Part shown: piece by piece, positions 26,681 through 39,749 of the stretch
Layout of the letters: each line of letters opens with the position of its first letter
Numbering within the stretch: position 1 is the first letter of the stretch
DNA from: Mobula birostris
Taxonomy: Eukaryota
Reading direction: 5' to 3'
NCBI RefSeq assembly: GCF_030028105.1
Contig: NC_092370.1
Coordinates: 115,842,221 to 115,906,220 of the forward strand
Length of the DNA stretch: 64,000 nt
Program-made: the position numbers and the translations under genes
The notes under the pieces: model-generated
Seen by the model: only the letters and a program-made list of their open reading frames with translations
What the model was told of the DNA's origin: nothing
Database searches by the model: none

Positions 26681-27548
26681 GCAAAGTTCTTCCAGGAGAA
26701 CGCCTTTGACCACAAGGCCATCAGGCAGTGGTCGGCACGAAGTGTCCTGCAGGCACTGCAGGAGAAGGACGTGATGGACACAGTGGGGTGGTTCCCTGAG
26801 CAGACTGTCCAGTTCATCTGGCAAAATGCCTCATCGCCAGATCTCACCAACAGGCACCAAGACCTCGCCTGGCTGGCGGTGAGAGGGGCCCTCCCAGTCA
26901 GAGCCCTCCTGTACGCCCGGAACGTCGTCTCCGCACCCCACTGCCCACGGGAGGACTGCAGTGAGGAGGAGTCTGTGACCCACCTCTTTGCACACTGCCA
27001 GTTCGCAAAGAGGGTGTGGAGGAGGATGGACGGGCTAGTGTCACGTTTCATCCCCAGCAGCTGCGTGACAGAGGACTCTCTGATCTACGGGCTGTTCCCG
27101 GGGACGCACACGGAGACCAATATCCGGTGCTGCTGGCAGATCATCAACTCGGTGAAAGACGCTCTTTGGTCAGCCCGAAACTTGATCATCTACCAGCACA
27201 TGGAGATGTCCGTGGGAGAATGCTGCCGACTGGCACACTCCCGGCTGCAGGAGTACGTGCTGAGGGACGCACTGAAACTGGGTGCAGCCACCGCAAGGGC
27301 CCGGTGGGGAAGGACCACAGTATAGGTTTCTCCACCCGTGGGAGTGGGAGGGGTCGGTGGGCGAGGAGTATACCCCTCAACAATGAGATGCTAAGCTGAA
27401 CTACTGGAGTGCCACGTGGGTGGCTATAAACACGGGTATTTTACTGAGTATAATGGAAACGTATGTAAAGGATGAAAAGTTATTGAATGGTTTACTGTAT
27501 ATATTTATTTTTGAATAAAGTATATTTTGAAATAAAAAAAAAAAAAAA
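26681..27548 (+). mobile_element. 5'-truncated Tx1/L1-clade LINE (ORF2 C-terminus with zf-RVT)
   Basis: Stop-free frame to 27325 with LAW...GALP...HCPREDC...ESVTHLFAHC, a 3' UTR with AATAAA, a poly(A) tail and an ATTACTA duplication at 26674-26680 and 27548-27554. Confidence 0.9.
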
Positions 27549-28865
27549 TTACTATTTGGATGCTATTGTGAAGATGTAGCAGCACAATTTGGATATAGTG
27601 CTTAAAGGGGATACCGGCACTCCATCCTAAAAAAAGGGCATAACCCTCCTTCATAGATTACTCAGCCATATTTTTACATTGAATCTTGTTGGATGACACA
27701 GACATTCCTCCCAAATAAAATGACGATTAGATCAAAAATTGAATTCGTTTGATGGACATTGCATTTTTATAATTGTATGGTGACTCTCTGCTCAAGTTCC
27801 TCATAGAAACTTACAATATGTTCTTAATTCTGGATTCCAATGATTTGCCAGAAGTGTTGGGTTAGCAAGTCTATACTTTCTTTGATTTCTTTTGTATTCA
27901 CTGCACCTAAATAAAGGACTTGTTTTTGTAATTTTTCAATTTAAAGGAAGATCTCTGATAGATAATGTTAAGTATAGACCAGGTCTCTAAGAGTGGTCAG
28001 TTGTCCCTCTCCTGCCTCTGTTTTTTATGTTCTTAGTTTGTCTTGAGCAATTAGACACCAGAAGAGAGCAACCTACCAAAGAGGGAAACTGTACCTTCAC
28101 AATGACCACACTCACCTGCCTGCACTGTTCTCGTGTGACCACCTCACTCAACTCTAATATCAAACAGCAGCTACAAGCAGTCAGATTAATCCTTGCAATT
28201 TCAGCCAGGGTGACTGGATACCAAAAGTGACAGAATATGCTCATCAGGTCAAGTAGCATCTATCAAGCATTAATGTTTTATATTAATCACCTTCTGCTAG
28301 AATTAGGAAACAAGAAAATGAATTTCAAAATGATATCTTTTTGGTCTGAAACATTCCTTAAACATCAAAATGAAAAATTAAGAAGAATGTGTTGAACTGA
28401 CACTTCAGATTGTGAGCATTTCCATTCACAGGAGTGGAATGCTTCCTGTGTGAGGGAACAAATCATTCAAAATATCAATACCATGGCAACACTTGTGGAG
28501 GCCTGGGAGGAAACCCTGGGCATTTAACACCCAGAGTCGTTTATTAGTACTACTATCTCTCCCACCTCTGCCAATCTGTTCAGGTTAGATTTCTATTAAC
28601 TTGAACGAATATACAGTAAATTCAAGGGCAACCATTTTATTTGTTTGTAAAATGGATTGTGTGTTGATGCTGAAATGGAGAAAGTCAACTGACCAGTAAA
28701 GAAGTGGAATAATTCATTAACAATGATGGTTTAATAAACTTCTGTTCTTTGTGGATTAATAATCCATTCCCAATACCTGCAATAACCCATTAATGGCATT
28801 GTAAAATAAACTGAGAAATTAAGTCAACAAAACTGTTGAAATAGAAATAACCTATAAACGTTTAT

Positions 28866-31800
28866 TTAAAGTTCAAAGTAAATGTATTATCAATGCACAT
28901 ATATATATTACCATGTACATCCCTGAGATTCATTTCTTGTAGACATTCACAGTAGATACAAAGAAATACCATAGCCATGAAAAACAGCACCCAAAGACAA
29001 ACAACCCATGTGCAAAAGACCACAAACGGCAAATACAAAACAAATACAGTAATAAAAAAAAATAAGAAATAAATATCAAAAATATAGGTTGTGGGAATAG
29101 TTCAGTGCTGGTGAGTGAAGTTGAGTGAAGTTATCCTCTCTGGTGGTTGAGAGGTAATAACTGTAACTAAACCTGGTGATGTGGGTCCTGAGGCTCCTGT
29201 ACTTCCTTCATGATTGCAACAGCGAGAAGAGAGCATTGCCTGCATGGTGGGCATCCTTGATGATGGATGCTGCTTTCCTGCAACAATGCTCCTTGTACAT
29301 GTGCTCAATGGTGGGGAGGGCTTTATTCGTGATGGACTGGGCTGTACACATTTTGTAGGCTTTTCTGTTCAAGGGCATTGGTGTTTCCATACCAGGCCGT
29401 GACACAACCAGTCAGTATACCCTCCACAGCACATCTATAAAAATTTGTCAGAATTATAGAAGACATGCTGAATTTTCACAAACTTCTAAGAAAGTAAGGG
29501 CACTGTTGTGCTTTCTTTGTAATGGCACTTATGTGCTGGACCCAGGACAGATTCCCTGAAATGGTAACGCCGGGGAATATAAAGTTGCTGACCCTCTTCA
29601 CCCCTGATCCCCCGATGATTACTGGCTCATGGACCTCTGGTTTCCTCCTCCTGTAGTCAATAATCAGCTCTTTGGTCTTGCCAAGCCTTGCCTTGGTGTA
29701 GCCATCGGGCACAGCACTCAGTACAATGTCTTCATCATTCTCCACAAAGACAAGACAGATCAATCTTTTAAAGGGAGAGGAGCTGGAGTATGCTTTATGA
29801 TTAACTCATCGAGGTGCACAAACGTGGCAGAACTGTCTCAGTCCTGCTCACCTGATCTGAAACATCCAGTGGTCAAATATTGTCCATTTGATTTGTTGAG
29901 GGAGATTTCTGCCATCGTCCTAGTAGTGGGAAGGCAAACATCAGGCAGGCACTGGAGGAGCTGAGCAACATAATCAGCAGGCATGAAACTGCACACCCTG
30001 ATACCTTCCCTGTCATTGCAAGAGCTTTCAACCAGGACAGTTTGAAGAAGTCCCTGAACAACTACCACCGTATGAGGAGCCAACACATTTGACCACTGTC
30101 ACACCACCATCAAGAAAGCTCATTGTGCTATCCCACACCCACACTTTGGGATGTTCGATCACCTGGCTGTAATTCTACTCCCAGCATATAGGCAGAGACT
30201 GAAAACGGCAGCAGCATCAGTGGTAAGGACCAAGAAGGTCTGGCCAAGGGGTAGGCAATGCCTCAAAAAGGTGGCATGCGTCATTAAGGACCCATCACCC
30301 AGGACGTGCCCTATTCTCATTGCTGCTATAAAGAATGAGGTACAAAAGCTGAAGACACATACTCAGTGTTTCAGAAACAGATTCCTCCCCTCCACCATCG
30401 GAATGGACAATGAACCCATGAACAATGAACCAATGAAACCAAGTACTTTTTTTCTCTTTTTTTTAAACGACATATGCCAGTGATTTAAATCTGATTCTGA
30501 TTGTGACATTGAAAGAGAGGTTGTTGTGGCACCATTCAGCCAGATTTTCAATCTCCCTCTTGTATGCCGATTCATCACCACCTCTAATTCGGCCGATGAC
30601 AGTGGTGACGTCACAATCTTAAATGTGGCATTGGATCTGTGCTTAGCTTTACAGTCATAAGTATAAAGTGAGTAGAGCAGGGAGCCAAGCACACAGCCTC
30701 GTGGTATATCTGTGCCGACGGAGATCGTGGAGGAGATGTTGTTGCCAATCTGAAATGATTTGGGCCTGCAAGTGAGAGGATCGAGGATCCAGTTGCACAA
30801 GCAGATATTGAGGCCTTGGACTAGGAGTTACTGATTAATTTTGAGGGGATGATAGTATTGAATGCAGAGCTGTATTCAATGAAGAGCATCCTGATGTATG
30901 CATCTTCACTGTCCAGATGTCCCAGAGTTGACTAAAAAGCCAATGAAATGGCATCTGCTGATGAACTGTTGTGATGGTAGGCAAGTTGGGTTGGATCCAA
31001 GTCACTCATCAGGCAGGAGTTGATCACCAACCTTTCAAAGCACTTCATCACAGTGGATGTTGGTACTGTCGGATGATAATCATGGAGGCAGGTTGCCACG
31101 TTCTTCTTGGACACCGGTATAATTGAAGTCTCCTTGAAGCAGGTGGGTACCTCAGACTGCTGAAGCAAGAGGTTGAAAGCATCATTGAATGCTTGAGTTT
31201 ACTGCTAACAATGGGTTCAGAATCAAAGTTGGGTCTAATATCACCAGCATATAGTACGTCATGAAATTTGTTGTTTTGTGGCAGCAGTACATTACAATAG
31301 ATAATAATAAAAACTTTAACTTACAATAATTATATATATATATATATATATAAAATAAATCAAACAAGTTGTGCAAAAAGAGAGCGAAAAAATAGTGAGG
31401 TAGTGTTCATGGGTTCTTTGTCTGTTGAGAAATCTGATGGTGAAGGGGAAGAAGCTGTTCCTGAAACATTGAATGTGTTCCTTCAGGCTCCTAACCAGCA
31501 CCTCCTCCTTGATGGTAGCAATGGGAAGGGCGCATGTCCTGGATATTGGGAGTCCTTAATGATGAATACTGCCATTGTACATCTATTATGGCAATTGGCA
31601 AATTGCATCAGGTCCAGGTCTATGCTTAGGCATAAGATGATTCTAGCCAAGACCAACCTCTCAAAGCACTTCATCACAGTAGATGTAAGTCACTAGGCAA
31701 TGGTCATTGAAACAGATCACACTGCTCTTCTTGGACACTAGTATGATTGTTGACCTTTTGAAGCAGGTGGGGACCTCCAACTGTGGCAGTGAAAGACTGA

Positions 31801-32510
31801 ACACACCTGCCAGTTAGTTGGCACAGGTTTTTACAGTCCTACCAGATACACATTAAGACCTGACGACTTGCAAGGTTCACTCTCTTGAAAGACATTCTAG
31901 TGTCAGCTGCCGAGACAGAGATCACAGAGTCACCATATGCTGCCAAGACTTGCACAGATGAAGTTTTATTCTCTCTTTCATAGCATGAATAAAAGGTGTT
32001 GAGCTCATCTGGGAGTGAAACAACACAGTCATTCATGATGTTAATTTTGCTTCATAGGAAGTAACGTCCTTAAACCCTGCCATGCAGACATGCATCTAAT
32101 TCTGCCTCTAGCCAGTTGTTTTGTTGCCCTTAGAATAGCCTTTCATAGGTTGTAGTTGGATGTCTTGTATCATTTTGGATAACTGGTTTGAAATGCTATG
32201 GATCTAGCCCTCAGCAGGCTACAAATCTCCTGGTTCATCCACAACTTTTGGTTTGGGTATATGTAGTCTGTTTTTGAAAGCACACAGTCATCCACATAGG
32301 TCTTGATTAAATCGGTGACAACTGTGGGAACTTCCTTCAGACTTGAAGATGAATCCCTGAATATTTCCCAGTTCCTGACCCAAACCAGTACTGTAAGTGT
32401 TCCTCTGCCTCCCTTGACTACATCTTCTTCATCTTCCCCACTGGCGCTGTGGTCTTTAGTCTTTGTCTATATGTTGGGAGAAAATGTACAGCCAGGTGAT
32501 CAGACTTCTC
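28866..32510. mobile_element. Cluster of nested and rearranged Rex/Babar-type LINE fragments
   Basis: Minus-strand RT pieces (PTCFK..IIPVSKK, MKCFERLV, CNWILD, GCVL..LLYSLYT) interleaved with plus-strand endonuclease and 3'-end pieces (~29690-30500). Confidence 0.8.
31330..31352. repeat. (TA)n microsatellite
   Basis: About 11 TA units within a LINE 3' UTR. Confidence 0.9.
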
Positions 32511-32899
32511 ATTGTTAACAAACCCAAGATGTGTCCGATGAGGCAGACATCTACACAAACTTCACTGTTGTATAGTGGTGTTAAGGTACTTTACATGTCA
32601 CATGAACTGCTGCTCTGAATGAACTATGCGCAGTGTGAGGTCAGGTCTCAGGGCAACCAGAAAAATTTAATTTGGTTAAAAAGCTCGAAAGTGGAGGTGA
32701 AAATGTTTCCATTCGTAGGAGGTTCAAACAGCAGAGGACACAGAAAAATGAACTATTTCAGTCATGGAAAGATGCTTCTAAGCAGTGGTGAGTTGTAGTC
32801 TAGAATAAACTACCTGGAAATAAAGTGGATAAGGATTCTGTCAGAAATTTTCAAAGGAGAATAGAATACATATCTAAATAGAAATTAAAAGGACGTGAC

Positions 32900-35351
32900 T
32901 TTAATCTCTTGACCGGGGTTCAGCAAGAGGTCATTTAGGGGTTCCGCGAGGGATCATGATTAAGAAAAACATTGTTTATTGAACTTCACATGATGCATGA
33001 TGCTAGCATTTGCAGTGGTGGGCAGTGAGCAAGCAGCCCCATTAGCAATCTCGTTGCAGGTCTCTCACGCAGTAGGACCATCTTTATTTGGTTGAGTTTT
33101 CTCCCTCCCAAATTAACTCCCCCAACTTTCCCTTACATGCCACCTACTGACTTATGGGAGAGAACAAACTCATCAGTGTAGCAGAAAATAGGAAGGAAAT
33201 TTTCATTTTAAAGACAACCCAATATGGTGATATTTGAAGAGGAGATTACAATCTTCTGAGTTATTTCACTGCATTAGTGCAACAACGGACACAAAAAAAA
33301 TCTGTCCTTACAATGAAAGCTACTTATCAATGTATTTTACATGGACTGGTGATCCAAATTGTCCTATTCCATTGTGTCTAGACTGTGGCAAACAATTTCC
33401 ATGTGTAGCAATGACTCCAGCAAAATTGAAAAGACATTTAACTACAACTCACAGCCATATAACATGTAAAAGTGCTGATTGCTTTAAACGACTATTGGAA
33501 TCTCAAAACAAACAAAGTAAAGATTTTGTTAATAAAATCACAGTCAGTAAATCAGTAAGCAAGTTATTTAGTGGCAGAACTTATTCAGAAAAGAAAAAGT
33601 CACATAGTTGGTGAGAATTTAATAATGCCAGCATGTAAAATTATAGTGGACAAAATGCTAGGACAAGATGCATTACCAGAAATTGAAAAGGTTTCACTTT
33701 CAAACCGTACGATAAACCAACATATTGATGACATGTCACATGATGCTGAAGAGGTTTTGTATAATAAACTGAAAAACAAGAGCTTCTCTATCCTGGTTGA
33801 TGAGTCAACAGTTTTCGCCAGTAAGTGTCACATTGTAGCATTGTAAGATTTGTAAATGATGGCGAAATTCAAAAAAACTTTTTTCTGTTCCAAAGGGCAA
33901 AGGCCAAAATATATTTAATGTTTTGTCTTCATATCTGTAAACAAAAGGTCTGTCTTGAAGGAACTGTGTTGGCATCGATACTGATGGTGCCCCATCAATG
34001 GCTGGCTCCATGAGAGGTTTTATTTCTATAGTAAAAAAGGAAAACCCTGACATTGTCACAACACACTGCTTTCTTCACAGAGAGGTGCTGATGTCAAAAA
34101 CTCTTGGAGATGAAATGAAAAAAGTTCTGGATGATGCTACAAAAATGGCTAACTTTAACAAAGACCAGTTCACGCGAGAATGTTTAAAAAAAAAACTGTG
34201 TGAAAACCTGGACAAAGAGCACACCAATCTCCTGCTACATACAGAACTCCAGTGGCGTAGCAGAGGAAGAGTTCTTAACAGGGTGTTCAAGCTGAAAGGT
34301 AAATTGCAGGAGTACTTTCAAGAAAATAGTACACCAGATTTTGCTGAGTATTTTTAAGATGAAGAATGGCTGCAGAAATGAGCCTACTTAGCAGATTTTT
34401 TTTTATTTATATGAACTAGTCTCTGCAAGCCCTGGAGAAAATGTTTTGACTTCAAGTGACAAAATTCTTGGATTTAAAAGGAAACTGAATCATTGGAAAA
34501 AATCATATTACATAAGGAAATCTTAAAACGTTTCCACTGCTGCTTGGGCTTGAGAATGAGGAAGGATATCAGAAAGTCTCGAGTCTTATTGAAAATCACC
34601 TGGAAGAATTTCAGAACAAAATTGAACAGTATTTTTCCTCTCTTTCAACACAAGTGTATGACTGAGTGAGGGACCCTTTCTCTGAGTCTTCTGCTCAGCC
34701 TGAAAACTTTACTTTGAGAGAAGAGGAAGAACTTTGTGAGCTGCAGTCTGATCGTGCATTCAAGATGAGATATACTGACTTGCCCCTGGACAAGTTCTGG
34801 ATTTCAGTGAAAGAAAGGTTTTCTGCTGTTCATGAGAAAGCAATGAACATTTTGCTGCACTTTTCAACTTCTTACAAGTGTGAGCAAGCTTTTTGTTGTT
34901 TAACAAGCATCAAGAGCAAGGATAGGAATCGCTGAAGATGAAACCTGTATTTGCTTATCTCAAGTTCAACCCAGAAATGAGTATTTGTGTAGCAAAAAAC
35001 AAGCACAGCTTTTACATGCTTGGCCTGTTTTTTCAACGCCTTGTATAAAACTGTGTCTTAGGCTATATTTTTATTCATATTGCTTTGGCTTATGCTTTGT
35101 AGTAACTTTACTATTCAACATTGTCAATAAGTTTTCATGTTGTAAATAGCATCAATTAAGATCAGTTTACAACCTTTATTTAAATTGAATCTATTCAGCC
35201 TACCTTTAGAAAGATTAATTTCAAGAAAGATAAGCTAAGCTTAACTACAAGTTTTTTCAAGAAAGGTAGGCTGAAAATTCAGACTCTACTCAAGAGAGCA
35301 TTGACAATTATTTCAAGGGTTCCTTCAGGGCAAAGAGTTTGAGAAAGGCTG
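32900..35351 (+). mobile_element. Decayed hAT/Charlie transposon (ZBED5/ZBED8/FAM200-like transposase relic)
   Basis: Broken ORFs with BED finger (CLDCGK..KLKRHL..H), SILVDEST, TDGAPSMAG, THCFLHRE, WRSRGRVL and dimerisation-domain FSTSYKCEQAF. Right end GAGTTTGAGAAAGGCTG is followed by CTCTAGAG. Left end is degraded. Confidence 0.9.
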
Positions 35352-35690
35352 CTCTAGAGTGTGTAAGTATCTCCATTCTAAAAACTTTTCAAATTTAACA
35401 TCAATACATTTAACTGAGGAACAATATTTGAACACTCCGATGGTCAATATCTTGAAAAGCTGTACAGTATGCTCTCTAAAATTTCAATATACTTTCTAAA
35501 ATTAGTTAAAAGTTTCTTTCCGAACTCCAACTAACCACAGGTTTATCAGTGTTTTTGTATTCTTGTACAGTTTCATTGATCAATGTTATTTCAACAAATA
35601 TGTCTTAAAAAGAAATATGAGTAGATACTATGGTTTTGAGCATGCATCAATTTTCCAGCTGCATGCAAAACCAAAGTCAAACACTATTAA

Positions 35691-35891
35691 CGCAAACACG
35701 AGGAATTCTGCAGATGCTGGAAATTCGAGCAACACACATCAAAGTTGCTGGTGAACGCAGCAGGCCAGGCAGCATCTCTAGGAAGAGGTACAGTCGACGT
35801 TTTGGGTTCTCGGCCCGAAACATCGAATGTACCTCCTCCTAGAGATGCTGCCTGGCCTGCTGTGTTCACCAGCAACTTTGATGTGTGTTGT
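35691..35891. mobile_element. Fold-back (palindromic) Penelope terminal-repeat insertion
   Basis: ~80-bp inverted arms flanked by the 14-bp duplication TCAAACACTATTAA (35677-35690 and 35892-35905). Confidence 0.8.
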
Positions 35892-37083
35892 TCAAACACT
35901 ATTAATATCTCCTACTCAAAGCTTTGCAGCAATTTATTATTCACATATAAAATGTCCTCCCAGTTTCTTTTCTGGAAGTATCTTATAGGATACAGAACTA
36001 GTATATAATTTAAAATATGTGAATTAATTTTTCGGAGAATATTAAAAATATCCCCAGGGACTAACAGCTTTCAAATATAACCATTACAAAATTGCCGTGA
36101 AAGATCTTATTGCACTCCATAGAACCCAGGAGGGAATTGTTCATGGATTCTCTGAAGATTTCTTGAATCTACAAAATGATTTATCGAAATGAATGAAAAA
36201 GACTAGAGAATTTTCCATTCTCAAACAATTCTTAAATGTCGATTATACGGAAAAGTTTGCCCTGAGCTCTGTAAGATTCTGCCAAACAATTTTGCTAAGA
36301 TATTAAAAGGTTAACAACTTTGCAATGTAGGTCAGATGGGTCAGTATTTCAGTAGTAACATTCACAAGAAATAAAGGCGCAGCCAGATCTCTGGGCCAAT
36401 GTGCCTACTCCAACATTCATTCAGACCTTGGCTGATTTTTTACCTCCTGCACTAATCCCATATCCCCTGAACTTCTTAAAACCCAGAAGTCACCAAGCCT
36501 CTGAAACTCAGCAAAACATCCTCTCCTCTATAAAATTTATGTTTCCTGCTGCCTCAGGAAAGCAGCCAACATAATCAAGGACTCCTTCCACCATGGTCAC
36601 TTTCTGCTCTCCACTCCCTCGCCAGGTAGAAGGCACAAAAGCTTGAAGGCACATACCACAGGCTCAAGGACATCTTCTGTCCCATTGTTATCCAGACTCT
36701 TGAATGCTAAACAATGAACTCTTGATCTTCCAGTCTACATCACCATGGTCCTTGCATTGCATTTGTCTATCTGCACTGCACTTTCTCCACTTTGCCTCAT
36801 TGTAAAGTCATAGAGCACTACAGCACAGAAAGATCACTCAGCCCATTTATTTTGTGTCAAACTGTTTTTCTCCCCAGTCCCATTGTCCCTCACCTGCACT
36901 ATAGTCCTCCATACCCTTCCCATTCATTCCCTAAACTTCTCCGAAATGTTGCAATCAAGTACACGTACACTACATCTGCTGGCAGCTCGTTCCATACTCG
37001 CACTGCCCCGAATGAAGTTCCCCCTCATGTTCTTCCTAGATATTTCACCTTTTACCCTTTACTTATGATCACCATTTCTAGTC

Positions 37084-37393
37084 TGTTGGATTAGTCTCTA
37101 TAATTGTTATTTTCTTTGCACTTTAACTTTCCCATGCCTACTTATATCCACATAATTACCAATGTAGATGCAACTGTTCAGTGTGTCTCCTAATGGTTAC
37201 AGGTATAAGAAGAGCAGAGCATGTTGGATTGCTATCTTTCCTTTCTTCTTTGTTTTTAGACTCTCATTATTCTTCCTTTCTGATCTCCTCCTTATTCTCT
37301 TAACATTTAATGAAATGATCATGAAAGAACAAGTTTCATGCCTCTTTTTTGACTTCCAAAAGAACCTAGGTTCAAAAACATCAGAATCCGACA
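37084..37393 (+). repeat. ERV 5' LTR
   Basis: TGTTGGATT...ATCCGACA. Colinear with 44175-44586 except for a ~100-bp internal gap. Confidence 0.88.
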
Positions 37394-37396
37394 ATT

Positions 37397-37414
37397 TGGC
37401 ACAGTCAGCAAGGA
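37397..37414 (+). other. ERV primer-binding site, tRNA-Ser-like (degenerate)
   Basis: TGGCACAGTCAGCAAGG begins 3 nt after the LTR and resembles TGGCGCAGCGAGCAGG, the recalled complement of a vertebrate tRNA-Ser 3' end. Confidence 0.55.
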
Positions 37415-37441
37415 TGGTTGCAAAAATTTAAGGACTCTGAA

Positions 37442-38697
37442 GAATCAGAATCAGGTTTATTATCACCGGCATGTGACGTGAAATTTGTTAACTTAGCAGC
37501 AGCAGTTCAATGCAATACATAATCTAGCAGAGAAAAAGTAATAATAATCATAAATGAATAAAAATAATAATGATAAATAAACAAGTAAATCAATTACGTC
37601 TATTGAATAGATTTGAAAAAACAGAAATATTGTATATTAAAAGTGAGATAGCGTCCAAAGATTCAATGTCCATTTAGGAATTGGATGGCAGAGGGGAAGA
37701 AGCTGTTCCTCAATTGCTGAGTGTGTGCCTTCAGGCTTCTGTACCTCCTACCTGATGGTAACAGTGAGAAAAGAGCATGCCCTGGGTGCTGGAGGTCCTT
37801 AATAATGGACGCTGCCTTTCTGAGACACCGTCCCCTGAAGATGTCCTGGTTACTTTGTAGGCTAGTACCCAAGATGGAGCTGACTAGATTTACAACCTTC
37901 TGCAGCTTCTTTCGGTCCTGTGCAGTAGCCCCCCCCCCCCCCCACATACCAGACAGTGATGTAGCCTGTCAGGATGCTCTCCACGTTACATCTATAGAAG
38001 TTTTTGGGAGTATTTGTTGACATGCCAAATCTGGACCACGGTCCTGGAGGAACATTGTTTCATTTTTACTGTGTACTGTACCAGCAGCTTATGGTCGAAA
38101 TGACAATAAACTTCACTTGACTTGACTCTTCAAACTCCTGATAAAGTATAGCCGCTGTCTTACCTTCTTTATAACTACATCGATATGTTGGGACCAAGTT
38201 AGATCGTCAGAGATCTTGACACCCAGGAACTTGAAGCTGCTCACTCTCCCCACTTCTGATCCCTCTGTGAGGATTGGTATGTGCTCCTTTGTCTTACCCT
38301 TCCTGAAGTCCACAATCAGCTCTTTCATCTTACTGACGTTGAGTGCCAGGTTGTTACTGTGGCACTACTCCACTAGTTGGCATATCTCATTCCTGTACAT
38401 CCTCTCATCACCACCTGAGATTCTACCAACAAGGGTTGTATTGTCAGCAAATTTATAGATGGTATTTGAGCTACGCCTAGCCACACAGTCATGGGTATAT
38501 AGAGAGTAGAGCAGTGGGCTCAGCACACACCCCTGAGGTGCACCAGTGTTGATCGTCAACGAAGAGGATATGTTATCACCTATCCGCACAGACTGTGGTC
38601 TTACGGTTAGGAAGTCAAGGATCCAATTGCAAAGGGAGGTATAGAGGCCCAGGATCTGCAACTTCTCAATCAGGATTGTAGGAATGATGGTACTAAC
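37442..38697 (-). mobile_element. Rex/Babar-type LINE 3' fragment inserted in the ERV leader
   Basis: RT motifs [37 protein letters not shown] and a (GATTCT)n tail. A further short LINE tail is nested at ~38032-38125. Confidence 0.88.
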
Positions 38698-39749
38698 TGC
38701 TGAAAGTGGAAACATTAGTGCACATACAAAAGGAGGTAAGAGTCTCTTCTATAATTCCAAATCATCCAAGATAACCCACCTAGATCTGCTTCAATACAAC
38801 ACCTGGTGGGTTTAAGAGTGAGGAAACTATATGTTGCTATTCTGGAAAAAAACCAGATCTGTAACAACCTAATGAAATTTCATTTGCAATCTAGCGATGT
38901 TTGGGTTACAATCTATTTATACTTCCGTTGCACTCAAGTGGCAATATTTTGTTTGCAATCCAAAAATATTTTGGATTGCAGTCAAAGTGATAAAAAGTGC
39001 ATACAAATTAAGTGTTACATACGACTGAATTAAGACATTGGCCAAAGCTCTTACCTGAATATAAATATCTCAGTTTAATAAGATTAATGGAAAAACCTGG
39101 ATAAGTAATCAATGTTAAGTTTATTAGGAAGGTATGTGAAAGGATCCAGAGAATGTTTGAGGGAAAGGGAAAAGCTGGAATATGTGAGTTACAGATAAGA
39201 ACATCTGGTCAGTTTGATTGAATGTGTGATCAAGTGAAAAAGTTAGCAAAGCAAAGTCAAGAAGTTAATTAAACAATAGGGAAAGAAACAGGAAATTTGT
39301 GATAACTACAAAAGCAGTATGTTAGACAGTAAAAAGCCTAAAGAGCAAATTTCTACATTCATTGAAGGAGTGAAAAAACAACATAATGAGTGTAATTGAA
39401 TTGACGTGCTTTGCGCAGAACTTTGACAAACTGAAGCAATATGAGAAAGCTCAGGAGGGTCATCAGGGGGACGGTCCTGCCAGTGAACACTTCTTGGGGA
39501 AAAACCCTGACATTGGTCAGTCCATTGAGATAACGCCACCATCTGAACTGTGAGGAATTGCAACCTACTTTGGACAATAGTCCGAGGCATCAACACCATC
39601 TGAACACCAAGGAATTACAGCAGAGATATCACAGGCACTCTGCACTGGCCTCTAGTGACTCAAGTGAGGATGACAGTGATGAAGCAATAGGTTGCTCCAA
39701 TAAAGACCAAGGAAGTGAAGACACGCAGGATTGAAGATGAAACCAATGA

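Noticed and set aside
33234-34935. Possible ZBED5/ZBED8/FAM200-like host gene
   Set aside because: The frame is broken many times, and a TIR with NTCTAGAN target remains. It is a transposon relic.
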